In this document: piece after piece, positions 37,799 to 48,412 of the stretch | Numbering within the stretch: position 1 is the stretch's first letter | How the letters are laid out: each line of letters begins with the position of its first letter | NCBI GenBank assembly: GCA_964520615.1 | Contig: CAZFNL010000137.1 | Span: forward strand, 148,898-212,897 | Direction: 5' to 3' | Origin: an uncultured Gammaproteobacteria bacterium | Lineage (GTDB): Bacteria > Patescibacteriota > Microgenomatia > 2-02-FULL-39-11 | Length of the DNA: 64,000 bases | Notes under the pieces: model-generated | What the model was told of the DNA's origin: nothing | Databases searched by the model: none | What the model saw: the letters and a program-made list of their open reading frames with translations, nothing else | Translations under genes and position numbers: made by a program

Positions 37799-39900
37799 AT
37801 ATCCGGCTGGTAATAAAATCTGACCGTATGTTTACCTGCTGGCAAATAAATTGCTCTGAAAGCAGTATTGATTAACAGAATCGGTACATTACTACCGTCA
37901 ATTGATGCCTTCCAACCGGGATAGTAGATTTCGCTTGTAGCAAGAATTCCGTTACACTTTGTCTCCGTGGTTAAAACTATTTTGCCTGGAGTATATACAT
38001 CATCATAGATATCAGCACTCGGATAGTTGCCGCAGTCATATACTGCCTTTTGCGGCAGTTTGCTTTGTTCATCTTTTGTTATATATACATTCCTGCGAAA
38101 ATCATCCGATTGGGCAGTAAGAAGTTTTTCTTTGACTGCCGCCGTATTTGTTAAAGCTACAAATCGTGATACAAGAAAAAAACGGGGTAAAACATTATTA
38201 TTCCTGTATATTACATATTTGTCTGAGGAAAGAAGTGTGGAAAATTTTACCGGGCGGCCGCTTTTTTGCCAGTTACGATCCGCTTCAGTCATAATAAATC
38301 CTATATTGAGGAAATCAAAAGCGGAAGAATACGGAGATAGAGGAGGAACTTCCACATTATAATACTCTTGGGACGAACTTCTGTTGCCATTGGCAATATC
38401 AATAAAATCGAAATAATTTCTCAAAATCATCGGGTCATAACCTGTAGTTGATTGTATTGTGTATTCTTCGGTCGAATTGAAATTTAATAATTTTTCCGGC
38501 GCACTTATCACTCCGAAGTCTGGCAGGAAACGTGTTATTTGAGTAGTGGATTTAAGTGTTTTTACCAGATTCTGATCATATTTAATCTCAGGAATATTAG
38601 TATTTATGAAAAATTGCCGGCTGAAGGGTAAAAGTTCTATAACAACCAATATCATAATCAACCAGCTAAACAGTTTATTTTTCACTGATGAAACTGCCAT
38701 ACCAAATATGAGCGGTAAGAGAAATGAAACCATGATAAGATGCTGGGTAGGAATACGAATATTTCTGTAAAAGGGAATTAGAGTATAAAATAAATGATGC
38801 AGGCTATACTTCAACTCCCCACCAGTAGACAACCATATAAAGATACATATCATAAAAAGGTAAAACCAAAAATCATGGTCAATATTGAGAATCTTTTTCC
38901 CAAACATATTCCCTGTAAATAATTTCAACAATTTTAAGATAATAAATACAATTGCTATCAGGAGCACTATCCGGCCGGGATAATAATCAAAAAAGTCCGG
39001 AAGAATAAATCCGGCAAAAGTGTAAGGAAATTTGGCCAACTCCGATACATTGTAAGGGTCTATGAACAACTTCAAAGCTGATGGAGGAAATGATCCCCAT
39101 GAAACCATAGAATAAGGCAATCCTCCACCTCTTATTGATAGATTGATAAACTGCAACGTAGGATACCACTGGATTGCCGTCAAGGCAGCTGCTACGGTAA
39201 ACGACAGGAAAACAAGTAAAAATTTACCTATTTTAATCCGGCGGTATAGCCATAAATCAATAACAAAAGTAAAAACCAAATATGCCGTTACCACCTCAAC
39301 AGTAAAAAGCACAATTGCGGTATACGATGCTAATATCTCCAAAGAGATACTTGCAACCAAAAAAAGGAAATTCTTCGTTGACGGATCTGAAAGCAGTTGA
39401 CGATCCGACCATAACACCCATGGAATCCAAACAGCTGTAGAGATAATATCCACATGCCCAGCGTAGACTCTTGCACCGATAAACCCGGATAGCATAAACG
39501 CGGCAGAAGCTGCAAGCGCGGATAATTCATCTGCTTTATACGAACGCAATAGCAAATACATTCCTAAACCGGCAATTAAAATATGAATGGCATAATTCAC
39601 TGAAAAGGCTATATTTAGAGGAAGGAGAACAAACAGCAAAGTCAGGGGATAAAATGCAGCTGTTGCAGGATGTGCCAGATATGGAGTCCCAGAAAAGTTA
39701 TAAGAATTCCAAAAAGGCACTGTTGCGCTTCGCAAGCTCTGAGCTAAATATCCTTTCCAGAAATAAAACTGGGTAAGTAGATCTCCACCGTATATCACTT
39801 TTCCTTCAGATGGAATTAAAGTTTGTCCGAATTGTAAAAGAATTAGCAGGAGAAGGAATAAAAGTGGTAAAAGTCTGAAAAGAAATGTGTTTTTCTTCAT
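37693..39900 (-). CDS. YfhO-family polytopic membrane protein (GT-C-like)
   Basis: 735 aa. The N-terminus GGDLLTQFYFWKGYLAQSL...FWNSYNFSGTPYLA matches the YfhO family start. It has about 14 TM and a C-terminal TM. Confidence 0.65.
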   Translation of the reverse strand: MKKNTFLFRLLPLLFLLLLILLQFGQTLIPSEGKVIYGGDLLTQFYFWKGYLAQSLRSATVPFWNSYNFSGTPYLAHPATAAFYPLTLLFVLLPLNIAFSVNYAIHILIAGLGMYLLLRSYKADELSALAASAAFMLSGFIGARVYAGHVDIISTAVWIPWVLWSDRQLLSDPSTKNFLFLVASISLEILASYTAIVLFTVEVVTAYLVFTFVIDLWLYRRIKIGKFLLVFLSFTVAAALTAIQWYPTLQFINLSIRGGGLPYSMVSWGSFPPSALKLFIDPYNVSELAKFPYTFAGFILPDFFDYYPGRIVLLIAIVFIILKLLKLFTGNMFGKKILNIDHDFWFYLFMICIFIWLSTGGELKYSLHHLFYTLIPFYRNIRIPTQHLIMVSFLLPLIFGMAVSSVKNKLFSWLIMILVVIELLPFSRQFFINTNIPEIKYDQNLVKTLKSTTQITRFLPDFGVISAPEKLLNFNSTEEYTIQSTTGYDPMILRNYFDFIDIANGNRSSSQEYYNVEVPPLSPYSSAFDFLNIGFIMTEADRNWQKSGRPVKFSTLLSSDKYVIYRNNNVLPRFFLVSRFVALTNTAAVKEKLLTAQSDDFRRNVYITKDEQSKLPQKAVYDCGNYPSADIYDDVYTPGKIVLTTETKCNGILATSEIYYPGWKASIDGSNVPILLINTAFRAIYLPAGKHTVRFYYQPDIYFFGGKLSLLGCAAIVLIIAGWSFIPISLRKTRK

Positions 39901-41270
39901 CTCTTGTTTAACTGATCTATTAAATCGTTTGCCTGTGCTGCCAGTTGCGGATCATCGGATATCATTTTCTTCTGGGCATCTGTCAACCACTGATTAGCTT
40001 GCATCCTTGCAAATATTATTTTAGCATTACTAAGCCTGGTATTTAATATATTTAATAGCTGGTCCAGTTTTGATTGGTTTACGGCTTCTGCACCCTTTGC
40101 GCTTTCCCACGACGGCAATACCTTCTCAATATTCTCAATAAGCGATTGCCAACTGCCAATTTCCTTCTGTGTATAGCTGGGAGGAACATATCCTCCAAGA
40201 TGAGCCACAATTACCTGCGTAGGACAACTGTTTATTTCTCCTAGAACGGGTGCAATACCTATATCCTGATATTCTGAAGAAAAAAGGATTTTCTTCGTAT
40301 CCGGAAACTCAAGAAAATTATCCACCAATTCTTGCGCATCATAATAACCACGGGTATAAACTTCGGCAAAGATAATATTCTCATAACCGGATTCCAATAT
40401 TGATTTTGCCAGAGTCATGCCGCTTCTTGTCGCTTCTGTCGAAAAATCATCAGTCCTTATCATGGCATCCCCCCTAATCTTACCGGAATTTGTCAAAAGG
40501 ACATTGTATTTCAAAGGTGCTATCCCGTCTGCTGCCTGTCTTTTTTCATTCAGAAGTTTTATAAACTCCGAAGCATCCAGTGTCGGAGTATTTGCCAAAA
40601 GCGCATCATCTTTTGTATCCCGCCAAAGTTTATGATAAGTCTCCTGATCGTTCCAAGGCAAAACAAAATGGATATCGGAAATATCGATAAGTCCCAATTC
40701 ATACCTTGAATCCAAGCTTGCTTTTCTATTGTCTCCCATGACAAACACGCGGCCAGCTGGAATTTTCAGGTTAGTACAGTCGGCTAAAAAATCGCCTCCA
40801 TAAGTGGATCTGGGTTTGGCTGTATAAGGTTCATCAATCCTCTCACCGTTTAAGTAAACAAAACCGTCACGCAAATCGATGGTATCACCGGGTAAAGCGA
40901 TAATCCTTTTTACAAAACCGGCGGTATCACCGTATTTCTCCTTTGAAATCCGGTCTGTCTTTTTATTCTCAAATTCCACGATATCCCCATGCTGGAGTTG
41001 GTAGGAAAAAAAATGAAAACCAAATATATTTATCCCTGAGGGATAAACTCTCATCTTTGGCCAGGCAACTGTTTCTTGAGCGCGGACTACGTCAGTTTTG
41101 CCGTTGCCTTTGGGAAAAGTCGGGTACATCGAACCTGTCCCTGCAATAAGTATCTCCTCCTTCACCACTCCTGACTGCAAAAGAAGTTGACGCGCATAAG
41201 GAGTAACATTTACCGAAATTGTCGCAACAATAATAACAAAGAGTATTGTGGTAATAATTTTTCGCAGCAT
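39897..41270 (-). CDS. lepB: Signal peptidase I (S26) with roughly 230-aa C-terminal extension
   Basis: GTGSMYPTF (Ser box), VKRIIALPGDT, and GDNRKASLDSR (box E). Confidence 0.8.
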   Translation of the reverse strand: MLRKIITTILFVIIVATISVNVTPYARQLLLQSGVVKEEILIAGTGSMYPTFPKGNGKTDVVRAQETVAWPKMRVYPSGINIFGFHFFSYQLQHGDIVEFENKKTDRISKEKYGDTAGFVKRIIALPGDTIDLRDGFVYLNGERIDEPYTAKPRSTYGGDFLADCTNLKIPAGRVFVMGDNRKASLDSRYELGLIDISDIHFVLPWNDQETYHKLWRDTKDDALLANTPTLDASEFIKLLNEKRQAADGIAPLKYNVLLTNSGKIRGDAMIRTDDFSTEATRSGMTLAKSILESGYENIIFAEVYTRGYYDAQELVDNFLEFPDTKKILFSSEYQDIGIAPVLGEINSCPTQVIVAHLGGYVPPSYTQKEIGSWQSLIENIEKVLPSWESAKGAEAVNQSKLDQLLNILNTRLSNAKIIFARMQANQWLTDAQKKMISDDPQLAAQANDLIDQLNKR

Positions 41271-41324
41271 GATTTTTCTGGTTTTAGTATATGAGAAAAA
41301 GTAAAAAAAGTGAACAACAAATAA

Positions 41325-41355
41325 GTCGTTAGTTTGTGGTTAGTCTTTGGTCGTT
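41325..41355 (+). repeat. GTTAGT/GGTTGG-like repeat copy in the lepB to giant-gene intergenic spacer
   Basis: gtcgttagtttgtggttagtctttggtcgtt. Confidence 0.35.
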
Positions 41356-41417
41356 ATTCTATCGTCTAATAATTCTTCTTACAACAGTCTTGAATCTGAA
41401 TTTGGTTTAACCTTACA

Positions 41418-44400
41418 CTATTCAATATTCTCTGTTATTTGTTCATCAAATTTCTTCGTCTCAGGATAAAATATCACAAATAATATGCCAAAACCCAACA
41501 ATATAAACCCTATATACTCCAGATATTGTGGTAAATAAACGATAATTATTGTCGCTTGTTGCTGATCGCTGGTCGCTGGTTGTTGAAGCTGCCAACCATT
41601 TTCCCAATTGTTTACCAAAACATGATTTTTCAACTCTGTCCCAAACCAGAACGGGAAAGCTTCTAAAAGAAAACCCTTAATTCCTGATTCTTTATTCTTT
41701 ATTCCTACGCTATACGCTTTCCATCCATCATCATAACTTTGTGAAAATGCTAAGATCGTGTTTTTTTCTACCATATTTGAATTAATTTGAACAGAGTAAT
41801 CTGAAATATTATTCTTAGTGAATTGCAGAATTATTTTATTTTCATTTTTCATTTCTGAGGTAGAAGAAGTCAAACTAATTTCCGTAAGGTATTTATAAGG
41901 TATTGGATCTAAAGAGATATCTTTTATTTCATTTACCGAGGGTATCTGATTGAAAGAGCTATCTGTAAATTGTATTCTAACTCCATCATCAAACTGATAA
42001 ATAGGCGGCAAAATATATCTTGAAATGTCGAAGTTTGTACTTCTCGACATAAGAGTATACACATAAGTGGTATCGTTTTTTACAGTAGTAGTCTTCAGAG
42101 TTAGCGGAAATCCGTTAATTAACTTAGTACTTATTGATAACAAATATCCTACGCCGGAAGGTAAATTATTTTGTTCAAATAAATAATTTAACAAATAATT
42201 TTTGGAATATAATAGTAGACTTTTATCATTGTCCGGATAAATATGTTCTGACAGGTAGAAGTCCCCATCAACAGGATTATATTCCCGAGGGTTCCTTCTA
42301 TACTGGTTGTCGTTTATAAGATTACTCCACTCATAACTTCCAGAGATTTTAGGTACATCCACTTTAATTATGGAATCTTTATCCAAGTTAAGTTTAAATC
42401 CTCTTACCGGATTGCTATTTATCGATGTCGTATCGAAATTAAACGATGATATATAAGGGTACGAAAAAACTTCTATATTTTGATAAGATATTGCTTTCTC
42501 TTCAAGTGCTGATTTATCATACCCCGGTTCAAGAATAAATGAAAAAGTATTCGTATTGTTTACTCCGCCGCTATTCTCAAAAAATTCATTATTCCTGAGA
42601 AAATTTGAGGAAAAACTCACTTTGTTATTATTTGACTGGTTTATACAATTACCTGAGGATAAATTTCTTAGGCAGAATTTTGGAAATTCATCGTATTTGG
42701 ATTTATAGATAAAGCTTACCCTATCCAAGCTTTTGGTCGGCAAGGTGGTTAATGGAAAGCTGTATGGTACACAAGTAGGAGTACCTTGCGCAGCTATTGT
42801 CAGTATGTTATCCGATACTTCTGCCGAGTTGAACTTGCCTGGCTTTCCCGAATCGCAATCAACCGCAGTACTGAATGCTTGCGGTTCCAAATCCTGAATC
42901 GTAGGATTGCTTCCCGAATATAGAGATACGGAATTACCAATTAGACTATTAATTAAATATGCATCACCAATAAACCCGTAATTATAAGAAGGGTTTATTA
43001 TGCTTAAAAAGTCCCTATTATTTATACTAAGTAAATAATAGTTCCCGCTAAATTGTACCGGAATAGGAATTGCGAATTGCTTGGATATAGGATTATTATT
43101 GACTTCCACATTGTCTACGTATACTTCCGGATTTTTCAATTGAAAGTTTAAAATTAAGCTGCCACCTTCTATCTTCGCGTAAATAGCAAAAGGCAAAATT
43201 TTTTCTTCATTTATTAAAGAGGGGATATTCAAATAATAATTACCTTTTGGTATTTCCTTCGTAAAACTGGTATCATTGGCTGTGTCCGAAACCGAAAATT
43301 TGACCTCATCCTGGAATCGATTTGTAAATAATGACTCAAAAGGATAAATGTAATCAATTTTTGGACTAGTTTTATCTTGATAATAATTTTCTACGGATCT
43401 ATACAAATTGTCCGTATTACTAAACCTTTCGGTCTTTGCGGTCTGGGGAATGTTATTGAAAAGGCTAAGTGTCCCGGATTCGGAATTATTATTTAGTTTA
43501 TATATGCTTACTGTGCCAAAATTAGCTACCTTAACAAATAGCGGATTATTGACCAGTAGCTCTTTCTGCTGATTTATCCATTTTAAGCTATTGTAATCAG
43601 ACGGAATATAACTTTCATCATACAATATATAAGTAATACCGTATTTTTTTATTGTTGAATTAAATAGACTTTGGTCTCTAGTTCTCAAATCATAAATTAA
43701 TTCCCAATAATACTGCTCCAGGTAATTACTCCAGACGTCAAAGGCTCTATCCATAATCGGCTGTTCTATTCCATACCAAAGAAATCCTGATCCTGTTAGT
43801 CCCCATTTATATGAACCCCATCCCCAATAAGTATCCTGAGGAAGATTCATTATTCTGGCGTTGGTGTCTCTTGTCTTAAAGTAATCAAATACCTGAAAAT
43901 AATAATCAGGAATTTTGATTCTTAACCGATCGGAGAATAAATGTCCGGTAAATACCGGTAATCCGTATATCAATACCATCAATAGGAACAGGAGGAATAT
44001 TGCTTTCTCTATTCTTGTTTTTGTTCGACCGATAAATTCGAAAATAACCGATAAACCAAATCCCAAAAGAAGCGTAAATACTACAGTTGTGGGGACAATG
44101 AATTTGGTAAATGGATTGCGGATTATCTGGTTTATAAGGGGTGCTTGCCGTAATAAAAAGTTAGCCGTGGAAATAATTGGAGTATCACTTAAAAAAACTA
44201 CCGCACTCAAGATCGACATTCCGGCAAAATATTTGCTCTTCTTTCCCCGCAACACTCCCAATAGCATCAAGAGAAAAAATATTATTCCTTCTATTCTAAC
44301 TGGTAAAAGTGAATAATAATCCCTCCATACCTGCATCATATAGACGGGTTTTCCAGGAGTCTGTGTATCATCCTGAGTATCCAGATTAAATCCTTTCAGA

Positions 44401-45251
44401 AATATAAAATCACTTATGTGGCCTCTTTTAAGATTCGTTTCAAAAAACCTGTCATTGTTCATTCTGTTATTCATGGCATTTTGAGTTACTGAAACACTGG
44501 TAAAAATAAAGTAAGCATTCGGAAGAAGCCAGAAGGAATTAATAAGGAAAATAGTTCCGGCAATCACAAAAATTTTCTTTAAAGTCAAAAAGCTCTTATT
44601 TGTGAAGAAATAAATCAGAAATATAATCGAAATAAAAAGCAAATATACAAGAAATATTGTTTCCACATACGCTTGAGGAATCGCTAGTATATTTACCAAG
44701 ACAAACCATATAAAAGCTTTTTTGTTTGGTTTACTTAAATAATTAAATAATCCCCATAACTCCCATGGAAAGAACCCCCAAAAAGTACTGAAAGGTTCAA
44801 AGGGAAAGAAAAAATTCTGTATGGTCCCCAGATTTAACAGATAGAATAAACTGCAAAGCAGCGCTATCTTTCTTACTGATGAGTCTTTTAATCTATCGCT
44901 AAGAAAGAATGTTACGAGTTTGTAGATTCCCAACACACCGATAATAAGCATCAGATATTGATAAAAATATCTTAAAAAGTTTACCGGAATAATTATTGAA
45001 AAAACCGACAATAATAATTGTCTTGGCAGGTCTGCAGCATGAGCCATTCCGCCAAGAAGTCCCAATCCCTGATATTCCTGCCAGACAGCAAAAATAGACC
45101 TGTTTATATTCATGGAAAAATTAAATTCAGGGTGCAAATTATCCCAACCGGCCAGCCATGTCCCCGGCTTATAGTTGGTAAAACAGATTACAGTAACAAC
45201 TGATATGAGGAATAATAAATAAAAAAAATGTTTATTCTTAATAATTGACAT
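41418..45251 (-). CDS. Giant (1277 aa) polytopic membrane protein, putative GT-C/AftD-like glycosyltransferase with large extracytoplasmic domain
   Basis: About 450-aa N-terminal multi-TM block, then about 750 aa of beta-rich Asn/Ser/Tyr-rich sequence, then a C-terminal TM. The architecture resembles DUF3367/AftD-type proteins. Confidence 0.4.
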   Translation of the reverse strand: MSIIKNKHFFYLLFLISVVTVICFTNYKPGTWLAGWDNLHPEFNFSMNINRSIFAVWQEYQGLGLLGGMAHAADLPRQLLLSVFSIIIPVNFLRYFYQYLMLIIGVLGIYKLVTFFLSDRLKDSSVRKIALLCSLFYLLNLGTIQNFFFPFEPFSTFWGFFPWELWGLFNYLSKPNKKAFIWFVLVNILAIPQAYVETIFLVYLLFISIIFLIYFFTNKSFLTLKKIFVIAGTIFLINSFWLLPNAYFIFTSVSVTQNAMNNRMNNDRFFETNLKRGHISDFIFLKGFNLDTQDDTQTPGKPVYMMQVWRDYYSLLPVRIEGIIFFLLMLLGVLRGKKSKYFAGMSILSAVVFLSDTPIISTANFLLRQAPLINQIIRNPFTKFIVPTTVVFTLLLGFGLSVIFEFIGRTKTRIEKAIFLLFLLMVLIYGLPVFTGHLFSDRLRIKIPDYYFQVFDYFKTRDTNARIMNLPQDTYWGWGSYKWGLTGSGFLWYGIEQPIMDRAFDVWSNYLEQYYWELIYDLRTRDQSLFNSTIKKYGITYILYDESYIPSDYNSLKWINQQKELLVNNPLFVKVANFGTVSIYKLNNNSESGTLSLFNNIPQTAKTERFSNTDNLYRSVENYYQDKTSPKIDYIYPFESLFTNRFQDEVKFSVSDTANDTSFTKEIPKGNYYLNIPSLINEEKILPFAIYAKIEGGSLILNFQLKNPEVYVDNVEVNNNPISKQFAIPIPVQFSGNYYLLSINNRDFLSIINPSYNYGFIGDAYLINSLIGNSVSLYSGSNPTIQDLEPQAFSTAVDCDSGKPGKFNSAEVSDNILTIAAQGTPTCVPYSFPLTTLPTKSLDRVSFIYKSKYDEFPKFCLRNLSSGNCINQSNNNKVSFSSNFLRNNEFFENSGGVNNTNTFSFILEPGYDKSALEEKAISYQNIEVFSYPYISSFNFDTTSINSNPVRGFKLNLDKDSIIKVDVPKISGSYEWSNLINDNQYRRNPREYNPVDGDFYLSEHIYPDNDKSLLLYSKNYLLNYLFEQNNLPSGVGYLLSISTKLINGFPLTLKTTTVKNDTTYVYTLMSRSTNFDISRYILPPIYQFDDGVRIQFTDSSFNQIPSVNEIKDISLDPIPYKYLTEISLTSSTSEMKNENKIILQFTKNNISDYSVQINSNMVEKNTILAFSQSYDDGWKAYSVGIKNKESGIKGFLLEAFPFWFGTELKNHVLVNNWENGWQLQQPATSDQQQATIIIVYLPQYLEYIGFILLGFGILFVIFYPETKKFDEQITENIE

Positions 45252-46725
45252 AGATTCCTTGATAAGGATCTAACGCTTTCAGTCCGGCGATAATCAATTT
45301 TTTTTGTTCAACCGGGATATAACCGCACTGATTTACAAGATTATTAAGTTCGCCTGATAAAACATATGCTTTGGTACAATATCCTCTGTATTTATAAAAC
45401 CCTGATGTCGGGTGATCCAGATCAGTCTGATTAGTCCTATCAACAAATATCTCCGGGGTTGGGGTATATAAGGAAGGAAAATTGTCCAAAATATACCCGG
45501 CATAGTAATTATTCCTCAACGAATTTCTGAAGTCCGGATTTACCCACCCGTTCATATTCATGGATAAAGTTTGCAAACCCAAGAGAATAAATAATGTAAT
45601 AGAAGTAATAATATTCAGCTTTCGTTCGTGAAGAAAATAAATAGCAAAAGCTATAAAAAGGGGAAGTATGTAAACAATATGTCTAGTAGGACCGTAACCT
45701 GCAGTACCATAATTCCACGCGGGATTAGTCTGGTAAAAAAAGGCAGTTATAAAATAAATTGCACTTAGAAATATGGCTTTATTGTCAATAATAATCCTTT
45801 TAATCAAATAATAAAATCCGGTCACAAGCGTAAACGGCGCGTACCAAAAAAGTCCCATATTCAAATCAAAAAACTGTTCATAAAGTTTCCGCAAACTAAT
45901 GTTCTGCAGCCCGAATCCGTTAATCTCAGTCCAGCCATTTTGTATATTTGTCCATGGAGTCAACAATCCAAACTGGATATAGCTCAGAAAATAAGGAATC
46001 AGTATAAGAATAAAAACTAGTAAAGGCCTGAATAACCATTCATACCTTCTGAAATTTATCTCCTGTACCGGATTCTTTCGATGCTTCAAAAGATAATCAG
46101 CTACCATATAAATGGTTAACGCAAAGGAAATAATAATTAACGGTTGGCTTTGCCAGGAAGAGAGAGCGGATAAAAAGGCAGAAAGAAAATACTCTTTATG
46201 TAAAAATGCAAATATACTGAGAAATATTAAGCAAATATAGTAAATCTCAGGACCCGGCCAGCCAAGAAAAAAAATCAGCGGGGAAAAGTATACAAGAAAT
46301 AACAAAAAAAGCCTTTCACCCGGCTCTTTCACATATTTTTTGAAAATAAAAATAAGCGCTGCCGCCAATATGATTATATTTGTCACGGGAAATGAAACCA
46401 GAGGATTTATACCAAATATTGAGAGAAGTATTCTGGAAGGAATAAGAAGGTAAGAGTAAAAAACAAAATGGACAGGATACCTGACGTTGTTTTTTCCTGT
46501 CATATAATACTGCGGATCTGAAAAGTAAGTTGCCGGCAAATATTTTTCTATCTCTACTTTATCGTTATTTCTTAGGGAAACATCTCCGTGATTGAGGATT
46601 GACACGGTCATCCCGTAATATTCCGCAACATCACCTGCTATCTGCGCTTTCGCAAAAACGATAAAATAGAATCCTAACAACAAAATTGATGCAATAAGAA
46701 TCAACCAGGGAATTTTCGCGGACAT
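45238..46725 (-). CDS. Polytopic membrane protein, function unknown (possible GT-C)
   Basis: 495 aa with about 12 TM. It overlaps the giant gene by 14 bp, so they are co-transcribed. Confidence 0.4.
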   Translation of the reverse strand: MSAKIPWLILIASILLLGFYFIVFAKAQIAGDVAEYYGMTVSILNHGDVSLRNNDKVEIEKYLPATYFSDPQYYMTGKNNVRYPVHFVFYSYLLIPSRILLSIFGINPLVSFPVTNIIILAAALIFIFKKYVKEPGERLFLLFLVYFSPLIFFLGWPGPEIYYICLIFLSIFAFLHKEYFLSAFLSALSSWQSQPLIIISFALTIYMVADYLLKHRKNPVQEINFRRYEWLFRPLLVFILILIPYFLSYIQFGLLTPWTNIQNGWTEINGFGLQNISLRKLYEQFFDLNMGLFWYAPFTLVTGFYYLIKRIIIDNKAIFLSAIYFITAFFYQTNPAWNYGTAGYGPTRHIVYILPLFIAFAIYFLHERKLNIITSITLFILLGLQTLSMNMNGWVNPDFRNSLRNNYYAGYILDNFPSLYTPTPEIFVDRTNQTDLDHPTSGFYKYRGYCTKAYVLSGELNNLVNQCGYIPVEQKKLIIAGLKALDPYQGIYVNY

Positions 46726-46729
46726 AGTC

Positions 46730-48055
46730 TCAATTTTGAGTATAACCTAGAGTCTGCGGTTTATGAAGAGAGAAGTGATCGTGCGGTGATATTATGCTGT
46801 CGAATATCATTGCCGTATTTCTATATGACCTCTTTTCCCTGATTATACCCGCCATTTTAGTCATTTTGCCTTTCAAACCATTCACCAGCACATTTTCAGC
46901 CGTTGACAAACATGATTTGCTATCAAGCGCAAAAACCATATCGGAAATCTTCAATCCGGACATCTCAAGAGCTTGACGAAAATCATCAGAATCAAACATA
47001 CTCTTCAACTCTTCAGAAATAATAAACGGTTTCCTGTAGGAAAAAACCAAGGATAGCACTCCTGAAGCTGTCATAAAATGCCTGTATGGCAGAACGATAA
47101 GGTCTGCCGCGGAAAAATAGGTCGCCAAGTCTTTTTGCGGTATATATCCGGTCACCTCAACTTTATGAGACCGGCCAGCATTATCCATGATTTTCCCGTA
47201 GTAATCGCGGTAATGCGGCCTGTCTATCATTGTCGGGCTTTCACCGCCCGCCAGTATAAACCTGGTTTTTTTGTTTAATACTTTTTGTACATTTCCGAAT
47301 GCCTCGACAAAGAAATCGGCTCCCTTAAACCAGTTGATATACCCGAAAAACATAACCACATATTCATCTTTCCCGATCCTGAGTTTTTTGCGTGACTCTT
47401 CCTTTTCCGGATTTTGTATTTCCGTATCGACTCCATGCGGGATAGTCAAGATCTTATTCTCATCAACAATTTTCCCTAAATTCTGCCTCAAGGCATCTTC
47501 AAGAACTACTGTTTTGTCTGATAAGCGGCCTGCCAGACGGTAGAATAGGTGAAATATCACATTGTATAAATTTCCCTTTATCCGGCCGGCAAAGTTATCC
47601 TTCAACCCGATATGCCCTTTAAGTTTGAAAGCATCCAATACGACGTGATGCATGACTACCGAAACCTGTCTTCCCAAAAGTTTCAGCACTCCCAGAAAAA
47701 AGATTACGGAGAAAGTAGGGATATTCCCCCCAAAAACGGCAAAATCAAACTGGATAAGTATGTTTTTGGCAGATGAGAAGAGTAATAATTTCTTCAGTAT
47801 TTGAAACCAGAGAAACGGATTATTTCTTTCAAAGCAGCGCAGGACAAGTACCCCTTTCTCTTCATAAATTTCTTCTTTTTTGCCACTTTTATCAGCAAGG
47901 ACCACTACCCGGTGCCGCATATGGGTCACGATGTTTTTGGCATATGAAGCCAATCCGGACGTGCCGGATGAGTAGAGCTCCCCTTTTTTGGGATATAAGG
48001 AAACCACAAGGAGAGTATCCCTGTGGTTATAAGCACGTATCAGTCTTTTCTTCAT
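46730..48055 (-). CDS. Glycosyltransferase, GT4-like
   Basis: 441 aa with two Rossmann-like halves. Assignment rests on the FGYINWFKGADFFVEAF and TGYIPQKDLATYFSAADLIVLPY patterns. Confidence 0.55.
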   Translation of the reverse strand: MKKRLIRAYNHRDTLLVVSLYPKKGELYSSGTSGLASYAKNIVTHMRHRVVVLADKSGKKEEIYEEKGVLVLRCFERNNPFLWFQILKKLLLFSSAKNILIQFDFAVFGGNIPTFSVIFFLGVLKLLGRQVSVVMHHVVLDAFKLKGHIGLKDNFAGRIKGNLYNVIFHLFYRLAGRLSDKTVVLEDALRQNLGKIVDENKILTIPHGVDTEIQNPEKEESRKKLRIGKDEYVVMFFGYINWFKGADFFVEAFGNVQKVLNKKTRFILAGGESPTMIDRPHYRDYYGKIMDNAGRSHKVEVTGYIPQKDLATYFSAADLIVLPYRHFMTASGVLSLVFSYRKPFIISEELKSMFDSDDFRQALEMSGLKISDMVFALDSKSCLSTAENVLVNGLKGKMTKMAGIIREKRSYRNTAMIFDSIISPHDHFSLHKPQTLGYTQN

Positions 48056-48347
48056 ATTTCAAAAATTACTTACTCTACTGTCATGCTGAACTTGTTTCAG
48101 CATCTCATCTCATAAAATATTTATTCTTCTGACCTCAAGTTTCCTTCAGATCAAAAGAACAACCAGAAACGCAAGAAAGAGAAAAAGTGTGACAAAAAGC
48201 CACGACTTGACAGCTTTCGCCGTCTTTCCCTTCCCTATTGGTTGTTTATAGTTTTGTGCCCCTGGCACTTCATCCGGGTGGTATTTTCCCAGAATGGTTG
48301 AACTACTCAACCTTTTTCTCCCCCGGGGAGAAGCGGAGTCGCCTGTA

Positions 48348-48388
48348 AAGGCGGCCCCGCTTGTTGTCCCTTTCGGGGGGGCCGCCTT
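48348..48388 (-). other. GC-rich stem-loop (11-bp perfect stem AAGGCGGCCCC/GGGGCCGCCTT) 25 nt downstream of the high-GC gene. No U-tract follows.
   Basis: Read directly from the sequence. The loop contains a nested ccc-ttt-cggg element. Confidence 0.4.
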
Positions 48389-48412
48389 GTGCGCGTTGCG
48401 ACGTTGCCGGAA

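Noticed and set aside
48192-48313. Possible 40-aa tail-anchored membrane peptide (…PGAQNYKQPIGKGKTAKAVKSWLFVTLFLFLAFLVVLLI) on the minus strand at the island's left junction
   Set aside because: No ATG (only a possible GTG), no RBS and too short to support. It may be a remnant of the insertion event.
48318-48330. CTCCCCCGGGGAG near-palindrome and flanking CCCGGG sites at both island borders as integration-site duplications
   Set aside because: The left site is imperfect (5 C vs 4 G), and the two CCCGGG hexamers are too short to distinguish from chance in GC-rich DNA.
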